From positions 1 to 55,859 of the IMG/VR virus record IMGVR_UViG_3300044899_000002: a DNA stretch of 55,859 nt. One strand, written 5' to 3'. Below, one piece after another: positions 23,251 to 31,937 of the stretch; the first letter of the stretch is position 1, and each line of letters begins with the position of its first letter. The position numbers and the translations under genes are program-made. The notes below the pieces were generated by a model. It searched no databases and was not told where the DNA came from. It saw only the letters and a program-made list of their open reading frames with translations. This DNA comes from a virus. Lineage: Duplodnaviria; Caudoviricetes.

Positions 23251-26200
23251 GTGACCGATGTAGGGAAGATCAGTCTTGGCGTCGAGATCGACGCCAGTGA
23301 CCTGTCCTCCCGCCTCGGTGAGGCCGTGCGTCGGGCTATCGCCCCGGCCCTCGCGCAGATCAACGAGGAGCTGAACAAGGTTCAGCGCGGCTACGAGGAC
23401 ACCGCCAAGTCCGCCGAGCGGTCGGCCACTCGTCAGGTCAACGCACTCAAGCGCGTCCAGCGCCAGGCCGAGCAGACGGCGGCGGCTGTGCGCACCGCCC
23501 AGCAGGCCGGTGGTGGCCCGAACTCGAACAACCCCGCAGGCGGTGGGGGCAATGGCGGCGGTGCCTCGAACGACAACCGCCGGTACGACAACCGCGACAA
23601 CCGCAAGTACGACCAGCGCACGGTGGACAACCGGCGCATCGACAACAGCCGAGACAACAGCCGGGACCAGCGCCGATACGACAACCGGCGCTATAACACC
23701 AGCAACAAGTACGACAACCGCACGATCAACAACACCACCTACGACCACCGGGTTTACAACTACTACGGCCCCGGTGGTCCAGGTCCCAACGGTCCAGGAC
23801 CGGGCGGCGGCAACGGCAACAACCGAGGCGGTGGCGGCGGCGGTCGCGGCGTCCTCGGGATGCTCACCTCACCGCTCGGCCTCAACGGCATCGCGCTCGG
23901 CGCGGCGGCGCTGCCCGCCGTGGCCACGGGCGTGGTCAACATCGTCGGCGCGGTGCAACAGCTTGGACAGGCTGGCCTCGCGCTGCCCGGTATTTTCGCC
24001 GCTGGTGCGGCGTCCATCGGCACGGCGGTCGTCGGGTTCAAGGGTATGGGCGATGCGGTAAAGGCGCTCAACGAGGCCGCTAAGTCCGGCGACATGACCA
24101 AGGCCAACGAGGCGCTGAAAGATATGGACCCCGCCGCGCAGGCGGTGGCGAAAACCGTATCCGGCCTGGTCCAGGGTCCGCTCAAGGAACTCAAGAAAAC
24201 CGTTCAGGGCAAAATGTTCGACGGGTTCGACAAGGACCTACAGTCGGCGGCGGACAAGACACTGCCCCGACTCACCGCCGGGATGGCCAAGACTGGCGAG
24301 GCGTGGAACGGAACTCTCAAGGGCATCACCGGGGCGCTGTCGTCGGACTCGTCGCTCGGGTTCATGGACCGCATTTTCGGCAACACCGCCGAGGGGCAGA
24401 AGCGCGCCAACGCGGCCATTGGCCCGCTCATTCACGGTATGGGCCAGCTCGCCACGACCGGCAGCGATTTCCTGCCCCGCCTCGGCGACGGCATCGCCAA
24501 GGTGGCAAATCGGTTCGATGCGTTCATTACCAAGAATGCCGCCAACGGCAACCTGTTCCGCTGGATTGACGAGGGGCTGAACGGGCTGCGCTCGTTCGGC
24601 AACGCCATCCTCAACGTCGGCAAGTTCATCACCGGCCTGACCAAGGCAGCGGGCCAGGCCAAGGGGTCCCTGTCCGGTGACGGCGGGTTCCTCGGCGGGC
24701 TGGAGCGGTTCACCGGCAAGTGGGCCGATTTCGTCAACAGCCCCGCAGGTCAGAAGCGCCTCGGTGACTTTTTCCAAGGTGGCACGGGCGACCTCGCGCG
24801 CATCGGCGACACGCTAAAAGCCATCTGGCCCGCCATCCGCGAAATCATCGAGGGGTTCCAGACGTGGGGCCGGATCATCGCCCCCATCGTCGGGGCCATC
24901 GCCAACCTCGTCGGCGCGCTGGGCAACGTGCCCGGCCTGCTGGAGGCCATCGTGGTCGGGTTCCTCGCCTGGCGCACCATCGGCGGCATCATCGGCGGCA
25001 TCACCACCAAGCTCGGCGGTGCAACCGGGGCCATCGGCAAGTTCGGCAAGGCGCAGGCGGGTATCGCTGGCCTCGGCATCGCGGCGGCGGGGACCGTGAT
25101 GCAGCAGAACGCGGGCGACAACGTGGGCAGCCAGATCGGCGGCGCGGCCATGACCATCGGCGGCAGCGCGCTGACCGGCGCGATGCTCGGCAGCGTCATC
25201 CCCGGCGTCGGCACCGCCATCGGCGCAGCGGGCGGCGCGGTGGTCGGCACCGGCCTCGCGGCGTACAACGCGCTGCTGAACGAGAACAAGACAGCCAACG
25301 ACAAGGCGGCGGCTGCCGAGGCCGCACGGGCGTCGGCGCTGGAGCGCAGTGCGGCGGCTATGGACATCAGCAAGGCCGGGATGAAATCGGCCACCGACGC
25401 GCTGGCCGAGTCCGGCGGCGTCGTGGACCCGACCGTCCTGGCGGGCGTCGGCCAGCAGGTCAACGCCATCCCCGAGAAACTGGCCGGGGCATACGACGAA
25501 AACACGCTCAAGGGCATCCAGACCGCGCTCGCCGGGGTCAACATGACCACCGAGCAGATGTCCGCGACCATCACCGCCGGGGGTCCCCAGTTCGACGCCC
25601 TCACCGCACGGCTGAACCTCATGGGTCCCGCCGGGCAGATCGCTGCCGCCCAGCTCGCCAGCATCCGCGACAACACGCTGGGCGCTGCGCAGAACGCCAG
25701 CGTGGCCGCGCCGTTGCTCCAGCAGCTCGCCGACAACTACGGCGGCGTGGCCAGCGCGCAGGTGGCCGTCCAGAATGCGTTTGCGGCCATCCCGCAGGAC
25801 GTGCCCATCAACGTCTCGATGCCCGGCCATGAGGCCGTGGAGGAGATTCTGCGCAACATCGGCGCGCAGGTGGACCACAACAAGGACGGCAGCATCATCA
25901 CCAAGGTGCCGCTGGCACCGGACACCATCGCGCAACTGGAGGCCATCGGCGTCAAGGTGCAGCAGAACAAGGACGGCACCATCCAGGTGTCGGTCCCCGA
26001 GGGCCAATACATCGACACCCTCAACAAGCTCAACGTCCTCGGTGACGCCTACAAACGACTGTTCGCTGGCACCCCCGCGCTGCCCAACGTGCCCGCCCCG
26101 CCGTCGAACCCGAACACGCAGGCGGCGGACCCGTTCCAGTTGCCCAAGCCTCCAGGCGGCGCGGACGGCAAGATCATCGGGCGTATGGGCGGCGGCGTGC

Positions 26201-29200
26201 TGCCCGGCTACAGCCCCCGCGTGGACAACATCCTCTACCCGATGGCGGGCGGCGGCGTGCAACCGCTGTCCGGCGGCGAGGGCATCCTGATCCCCGAGGC
26301 CGTGCGCGCCCTCGGCGGTGCGCCCGGCATCTATGCCATCAACAGCCAGTTCCGCAGCGGGCTGTCCCGGCGCGGCTACGGCATGGCGGGCGGCGGCGTG
26401 TTCGGTGCCGACGACGGGGCCGTCATCGGCGAGGCGGGCACCGGCCTCGGTCCCCTGCCCGGCCCGGTCGCACCGGGGCCGGACACCGAGCTGTCCGTCC
26501 TCATCAGCATCCGCGACCTGCTCGCGGGCAAGGGCGGCACCGCAGGCAACCCGCTGGCGGCGACGGCGGCGAACACCGCCACCACCGCGACGGCGGCGAC
26601 GAACACGACCGGCACCGGGGGCGGCGCTATGGGGCCGTTCGGCACGCCCCTCAAGTCGCGCGGCAACATCGGCTACAAGATGGCGGCGGCGGCTATCTCG
26701 GCGCTCGGCGGGGACCCCGCCGAGTTCATCGGCACCGACCCGTCGGCGGCTGCCGCGACGGCCACCGCGACGATGCCGGGGATGCCCGGCGCGACCACGA
26801 CGGCCACCACGGTGGACGTGGCGGCGCTCCAGCGGTTCGCCGCCTCGGGCAACACCGCCGACCTGCCGCCAGGGCTGACCATCAACAGCCCGGCGGTCAC
26901 CGCCATCCTCGCCGCACGCAACAAGAAAAAGGGCGGGCTGGACGACGCGGCGCTGTCCGACCTCGTTGGCCAGGCGCTCGGCCCCGGCGGGTTCACCGGC
27001 ACGCTGGACCCCACGAATACCCCCATCGTCAAGGCGCTGGAGAAGCTGCGGACCAAGGGCGTGCCCGGCACCCCGGCGGCGGGCGGGTTCGCCCCCACCG
27101 CTGCGGCTACCGGCGTTCCGATGACGGCGCTGCCCGCTGGCGCGAGCGGCATGATGGACCCCGTTTCGGCGTTCGCGCAGCGCGCGACCGGCGGGCGTTA
27201 CGATTGGGGTGCCAGCGACCTGTCCGCCGGGCTGTCCGATTGCTCGGGCGCGGTGAGCGACCTGGTGGAGCTGATCACCAAGGGCCAGGCCAGCCCTGAG
27301 CGTCTGTTCTCCACGGCGGACGCGGCGTCGGTGCTCAAGTCCCTCGGCGCGGTGGAGGGGGCCGTGCCGGGTGCGCTCCAGATCGGGTGGAGCGACACGC
27401 ACATGCGGTCCACGCTGCCCAACGGTGTCAATTTTGAGTCCGGCGGGCAGACCGGCCAGGGCGCGACCTACGGCGGCAACGCACAGGGCGCGGCGGGTAT
27501 GCCCAACATCATGTCCCTCGCCGTCCCCGGCGGGCTGCCGATGGTGCCGGGTATGGCTGGCACGTCGGCCTCGGGGCTGCCCGGTTCCTCGGGTGGCCAA
27601 GGCACCGCCGTCTACGTCACCAACTGGCCGGGCGGCGGCGGTGGCCTCGCCGGGATGATCGGCAAGCAAGCACTGGGCGCGGGCGTCGATGCGGCGGGCC
27701 AGGCGGGCATCGGCGTCGTCGGCGACATCGGTGCGGCCATCACCGACTCGATGCTGACGCCGGACGGCAAGAGGATGCCCAACGCCTCGCTGACTGACCT
27801 GGTGAGCCAGCGCAACCCGCTGGCCCTCGCCGCTGCCGCTGGGCTGAACGTGGAGGACTTCACGCGCCAGGGCGGTGCCGGTGGCCCGGTGGAGCAGAAC
27901 GCGCAGGCATACGACGCCAGCGGGCGCATGTTCTCGGACACGGGCGCGCTGATGGACCGCACCATGACCAACCTCAACGCGCAGCTCCAGGCCATGCGCG
28001 AGCAGTTGGTGGATGTCATCACGCAGGTGGCCGACAAGCTCAACGACAGCGCGCTGGAACCCGTCATCAAGGCGGGCATGACGGCGGCGCTGGACAACCT
28101 CAAGAGCAGCATTTCCAGCGCCATCGGCGGCAGCCTCGGCGAGGCGGCAGCCCCGCCCATCGCCGAGGCGGTGAGCAGCGCGGTGGCCAACCTGCCCATT
28201 GACCAGTCCGGCGCTGGCGGCGTCGGCGGCAACGCGGCGGGCGTCGTCACCGGGGTCATCGGCATGGCCGGGGGCGGCGGCGTGTTCGGCGGCAAGGCGG
28301 GCAAGGACTCGGTACCGGCGATGCTGATGCCAGGGGAGTTCGTGTTCAACACCACCGACGTGGCCCGCCTCGGCGGCGTCGGCGGTGCGGAGGCGTTCCG
28401 CCAGGCGCTCGGGCGTACCGGCGGCGTGCGCAAGTTCGCACAGGGCGGCGGCGTCGATGTCAACAGCACCGTCGGCGCAGAGTTTTTCGGGCTGTCCGAG
28501 GTGCCCATCATCAGCACCATCGTCAACATGCTGGTTAAGGTCCTCCTCCAGGTGCTCGGTGTCACCATCGAGGGCCGGGACACGTTCAACGAGCTGACTG
28601 ACGAGTTCCGCCAGTTCCGTGGGGACAGCTTTAAGGCGTTCGACGCGCAGGGCCGGTTGCTCAACGACACGTCCGCCCTCATCGACCGCAGCTCGTCGTC
28701 CGAGGAGGTGGCCGCGCAGGAGCGCATCCGCATCCTCAAAATCGTCATCCAGGCGCTCGTCAAGTACATCATCGAAAAGGTCATCGTCCCCATCGCCAAG
28801 GCGGTCGCTAACTCGGTCATCCAGGCCGGTGCCTCGGCTGCCGGTGCGGCGACCAACGCGGGCGCGCCTGGTGCTGGCGGCATCGTCTCCAGCCTGATCA
28901 GCTCGGCGGGCAGCGCAGGCGTGGACATCGCTGCCGAGGTCGGCACCGATTTCGCGCTGGCCATCAGCGAACAGTTGATTGCCACCGTGGCCGAGGGGCT
29001 ACAGGGTGTTTTCCCCGACCTGATGACGGGGCTGTTCTCGGGTGCCGGTGCGGCCAACCTGTTCGGCCCGCTGGGCACGATCCTGACCACGGTGCTGGGC
29101 GGGTTCCTCGGTGGGTTCACCGGCCTGTTGGGCGGCGGTGTCCTCGGCGGCGCGTCCACCCTCATCCCCGGCATTCCGTTCGACCAGGGCGGCATGGCGT

Positions 29201-29418
29201 CCGGCGTTGGCTACCTGCCCAAGGCCACGATGGACGACGAGCTGGTGCTGTCTCCTGGCGAGACTGACCTGTTCTCGCGGTTCGTCGGCGCACTGGAGCG
29301 CGGCGGGTTCGGCGGGGGCGGCAACCGCACCGAGGTCCACGCGCCCATTACCATCGTGGGCGGCGGGCGCGAGACTGCCGACCAGGTAGAAAACCGACTG
29401 CTCGCGCTGATGCCGTAG
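23251..29418 (+). CDS. Tape measure protein
   Basis: 2055 aa, Ala/Gly-rich; VGKISLGVEID N-terminus; internal DCSG...H hydrolase-like motif. Confidence 0.95.
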   Translation: MTDVGKISLGVEIDASDLSSRLGEAVRRAIAPALAQINEELNKVQRGYEDTAKSAERSATRQVNALKRVQRQAEQTAAAVRTAQQAGGGPNSNNPAGGGGNGGGASNDNRRYDNRDNRKYDQRTVDNRRIDNSRDNSRDQRRYDNRRYNTSNKYDNRTINNTTYDHRVYNYYGPGGPGPNGPGPGGGNGNNRGGGGGGRGVLGMLTSPLGLNGIALGAAALPAVATGVVNIVGAVQQLGQAGLALPGIFAAGAASIGTAVVGFKGMGDAVKALNEAAKSGDMTKANEALKDMDPAAQAVAKTVSGLVQGPLKELKKTVQGKMFDGFDKDLQSAADKTLPRLTAGMAKTGEAWNGTLKGITGALSSDSSLGFMDRIFGNTAEGQKRANAAIGPLIHGMGQLATTGSDFLPRLGDGIAKVANRFDAFITKNAANGNLFRWIDEGLNGLRSFGNAILNVGKFITGLTKAAGQAKGSLSGDGGFLGGLERFTGKWADFVNSPAGQKRLGDFFQGGTGDLARIGDTLKAIWPAIREIIEGFQTWGRIIAPIVGAIANLVGALGNVPGLLEAIVVGFLAWRTIGGIIGGITTKLGGATGAIGKFGKAQAGIAGLGIAAAGTVMQQNAGDNVGSQIGGAAMTIGGSALTGAMLGSVIPGVGTAIGAAGGAVVGTGLAAYNALLNENKTANDKAAAAEAARASALERSAAAMDISKAGMKSATDALAESGGVVDPTVLAGVGQQVNAIPEKLAGAYDENTLKGIQTALAGVNMTTEQMSATITAGGPQFDALTARLNLMGPAGQIAAAQLASIRDNTLGAAQNASVAAPLLQQLADNYGGVASAQVAVQNAFAAIPQDVPINVSMPGHEAVEEILRNIGAQVDHNKDGSIITKVPLAPDTIAQLEAIGVKVQQNKDGTIQVSVPEGQYIDTLNKLNVLGDAYKRLFAGTPALPNVPAPPSNPNTQAADPFQLPKPPGGADGKIIGRMGGGVLPGYSPRVDNILYPMAGGGVQPLSGGEGILIPEAVRALGGAPGIYAINSQFRSGLSRRGYGMAGGGVFGADDGAVIGEAGTGLGPLPGPVAPGPDTELSVLISIRDLLAGKGGTAGNPLAATAANTATTATAATNTTGTGGGAMGPFGTPLKSRGNIGYKMAAAAISALGGDPAEFIGTDPSAAAATATATMPGMPGATTTATTVDVAALQRFAASGNTADLPPGLTINSPAVTAILAARNKKKGGLDDAALSDLVGQALGPGGFTGTLDPTNTPIVKALEKLRTKGVPGTPAAGGFAPTAAATGVPMTALPAGASGMMDPVSAFAQRATGGRYDWGASDLSAGLSDCSGAVSDLVELITKGQASPERLFSTADAASVLKSLGAVEGAVPGALQIGWSDTHMRSTLPNGVNFESGGQTGQGATYGGNAQGAAGMPNIMSLAVPGGLPMVPGMAGTSASGLPGSSGGQGTAVYVTNWPGGGGGLAGMIGKQALGAGVDAAGQAGIGVVGDIGAAITDSMLTPDGKRMPNASLTDLVSQRNPLALAAAAGLNVEDFTRQGGAGGPVEQNAQAYDASGRMFSDTGALMDRTMTNLNAQLQAMREQLVDVITQVADKLNDSALEPVIKAGMTAALDNLKSSISSAIGGSLGEAAAPPIAEAVSSAVANLPIDQSGAGGVGGNAAGVVTGVIGMAGGGGVFGGKAGKDSVPAMLMPGEFVFNTTDVARLGGVGGAEAFRQALGRTGGVRKFAQGGGVDVNSTVGAEFFGLSEVPIISTIVNMLVKVLLQVLGVTIEGRDTFNELTDEFRQFRGDSFKAFDAQGRLLNDTSALIDRSSSSEEVAAQERIRILKIVIQALVKYIIEKVIVPIAKAVANSVIQAGASAAGAATNAGAPGAGGIVSSLISSAGSAGVDIAAEVGTDFALAISEQLIATVAEGLQGVFPDLMTGLFSGAGAANLFGPLGTILTTVLGGFLGGFTGLLGGGVLGGASTLIPGIPFDQGGMASGVGYLPKATMDDELVLSPGETDLFSRFVGALERGGFGGGGNRTEVHAPITIVGGGRETADQVENRLLALMP

Positions 29419-29430
29419 AGGAGGCAGCCC

Positions 29431-30867
29431 GTGGCGTTCCGTGGGTACTTTGCCCTGGACGGCGTTGAGATCGCCAACAGCAGCCGCGTCGTGGCCCACC
29501 TCGGCATGGACTTGCCGACCAACGACCTCGGCCTGCTCGGGGCGTCCGAGGATTGCACGCTGGCACCCAGCCCCGCCGGGGCGCTGCTCGCGGTGCCCTC
29601 GGCGTCGATGGTGCCCACCGCGCCCGGTTCGCTGCTGGCCACCCCGCCGGACGGCGCGCGGCTGTACGGTCCCGGCCTCGCCCTCGTCGGCGACTGCTGG
29701 ACGCCGGACAACCTCTGTTTCGGCTGCCGGGGCTGGGTCGGCTATGACGACTCATGGCCAGGGCTGACCGACCTGCTGGAGGACGGCCACGTCTACCGGC
29801 CCGAGCTGGCCCCCTGGTACACCACTCGCGTGCCCGAGTCTGCCGAGTTCGGTGGCATCTGGGTCATGGACGTAACCGGCCTGGACGTGACCCCGAGTAA
29901 GCGCGAGGTCATCGAAATGGCGGGCGACGGCGGCGCACCCGGCCCGGCGCGGAACCCGTCGCGGGTCGTCAAGTTCGACGCCCTGCTGATGGCCTGTTCC
30001 AACGCCGGGCTGACCTACGGCCTCCAGTGGTTGGCCACCCAGCTCAAGGCCACCGAGGGGCGCAGCGACAGCACGCTGCGGTACCTCGCCGCCCACCCCG
30101 AGCACAGCAGCGCGGACCCCGAGACGCTGCTGCGCGAGGCGCACGGGGTCATCCTCACCGCCGGGCCGGACATCACCCAGCAGACCAACAACGGCAAGGG
30201 CGAGCACCACCAGGCGACGATGTACCGGGTGAGCTGGGAACTGACCATCACCCGGCCCCACGCCTACAGCCCGCCCCGGCCCGTGCCGGTCGTCTGGGAC
30301 GAGGTGACGGTGGAACCCATCAAGTGGACCCACGCCGCCGACTGCCGCCCGGCGCTGGCGTGCAACGACGACGCGCCGCTGTTCTCGGCCACCTGCGAGG
30401 TGGAGCGCATCGAGGTGGTCAACACCCCACCCCCGACGTGCGGCGGCTGCCTGCCCGTCTGCGCCATCACCACGCGCACGTTCGAGGTGCCGACGATGGA
30501 CTGGCCGGTGCGCGGGTCCGAGACGGTGGCGACCATCAACGTGCTCAACCGGGGCGCGTCCCCGCTGACCCTCCAGATGTGGTGGCGGCGGTGCAACGCC
30601 CTGGAGTCCTGTGACGACAACCGTTTCCCCCTCCAGGTGTCCGGCCTGCCACCCCACGCCGAGCTGGTCCTGGACGGCATCAGCGGGCGCTACTGGGTGA
30701 ACTACGCCGGGCGGCGTCGTCGCCCGTTCGGTATCGTTGGCACCCCGTCCGGCGCGCCGTGGCGTCCGCCCATCATCGACCGGGGGCTGTGCTGGGAACT
30801 CGTCGCGCAGTCCGACGGTGACGCCTCGTTCGACATCGGCATGGTGCTGACCGACCGGGAGGCATAG
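29431..30867 (+). CDS. Minor tail protein (distal tail-like)
   Basis: First gene after the tape measure; 478 aa; GAGGAGG RBS. Confidence 0.8.
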   Translation: MAFRGYFALDGVEIANSSRVVAHLGMDLPTNDLGLLGASEDCTLAPSPAGALLAVPSASMVPTAPGSLLATPPDGARLYGPGLALVGDCWTPDNLCFGCRGWVGYDDSWPGLTDLLEDGHVYRPELAPWYTTRVPESAEFGGIWVMDVTGLDVTPSKREVIEMAGDGGAPGPARNPSRVVKFDALLMACSNAGLTYGLQWLATQLKATEGRSDSTLRYLAAHPEHSSADPETLLREAHGVILTAGPDITQQTNNGKGEHHQATMYRVSWELTITRPHAYSPPRPVPVVWDEVTVEPIKWTHAADCRPALACNDDAPLFSATCEVERIEVVNTPPPTCGGCLPVCAITTRTFEVPTMDWPVRGSETVATINVLNRGASPLTLQMWWRRCNALESCDDNRFPLQVSGLPPHAELVLDGISGRYWVNYAGRRRRPFGIVGTPSGAPWRPPIIDRGLCWELVAQSDGDASFDIGMVLTDREA

Positions 30868-30869
30868 CC

Positions 30870-31937
30870 GTGCCCGTCGTCACCGATGACCAGATCATCT
30901 CGTTGCACACCGCCAGCGGGGTGACGCTTTACCAGTTCCTCCCCGAGCACTACAGCGAGTCCTCCTGGACCCGCGACCAACGAGACGCCAGCCGGTCCAC
31001 CATCAACCTGCCCCCGCAGGACGGCCTCGCCGAGCTGCCCGACATCATGCCGTGGTTGCACCACGTCACCGTGTTCGACGGCGAGCGCGACGTGGTGCTG
31101 TGGACCGGCCCCGTGCAAAAGGCCAGCAAGAATCGCGGCGGGCTGACGCTGACGTGCAAGGACCACGCCGCCTACCTCGCGCGCACGCGGGACCCCATCA
31201 CCAAGCGATGGGACGCCGCCGACCCCGCCGAGATCGCCGCCGAGCTGTGGCGGCTGATGCAGGACCAGCAGGGCATCGGCACCCGCGTCATCGAACGCCG
31301 GGACCCCGAGGGCGAGCGGTTCGATTTCGCCACCGTCGCCGATGACCAGATGTTGGACCAGACCATCAGCAGCCTGGTGGACAAGGGGCTGCGCTGGGCG
31401 GTCGTGTCCGGCACCGCCATCATCGGGCCGGTCGGCCTGGACCCCATCGCCACGCTGTCAGAGGACGATTTCATCGGCGACGGCATCACCCTCACCCGCG
31501 ACGGCAGCGCCGTCTACAACGACGTGATGGTGCGCGGCGCGGACGTGCGCCACCGCGAGCGCGTCGATTTCTACGGGCAGAACCTCCAGACCATCCACAA
31601 CGTGGACGACATGTTCGGGGTCAGCAACGTCAAACGCGCCGCCCAGCAGTACGTCCGGCACACCGGGACGGTGCGCACCCGCCTGGAGCTGCCCGGTGGC
31701 ACCGTGCTCCACCCCGACGCGCCCGTGTCGATTGACGAGCTGATGCCCTCCACCCGGTTCATCATCGAGGCCGAGGGCATCCGCCAGCTCATGGAACTCA
31801 CCGGCATCGAGGTCGCCCGCCGGGCCGGAACCACTAGCGTGTCGGTGACGATGGAGTCCGTGGAGGAGGACATCGAACTACTCAAGAAACAGGGTGACCA
31901 GTTGCCGCAGCAGACGTTGGGCGGGCGGTCGTTGTGA
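30870..31937 (+). CDS. Minor tail protein (hub-like)
   Basis: 355 aa; VLWTGPV; synteny. Confidence 0.8.
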   Translation: MPVVTDDQIISLHTASGVTLYQFLPEHYSESSWTRDQRDASRSTINLPPQDGLAELPDIMPWLHHVTVFDGERDVVLWTGPVQKASKNRGGLTLTCKDHAAYLARTRDPITKRWDAADPAEIAAELWRLMQDQQGIGTRVIERRDPEGERFDFATVADDQMLDQTISSLVDKGLRWAVVSGTAIIGPVGLDPIATLSEDDFIGDGITLTRDGSAVYNDVMVRGADVRHRERVDFYGQNLQTIHNVDDMFGVSNVKRAAQQYVRHTGTVRTRLELPGGTVLHPDAPVSIDELMPSTRFIIEAEGIRQLMELTGIEVARRAGTTSVSVTMESVEEDIELLKKQGDQLPQQTLGGRSL

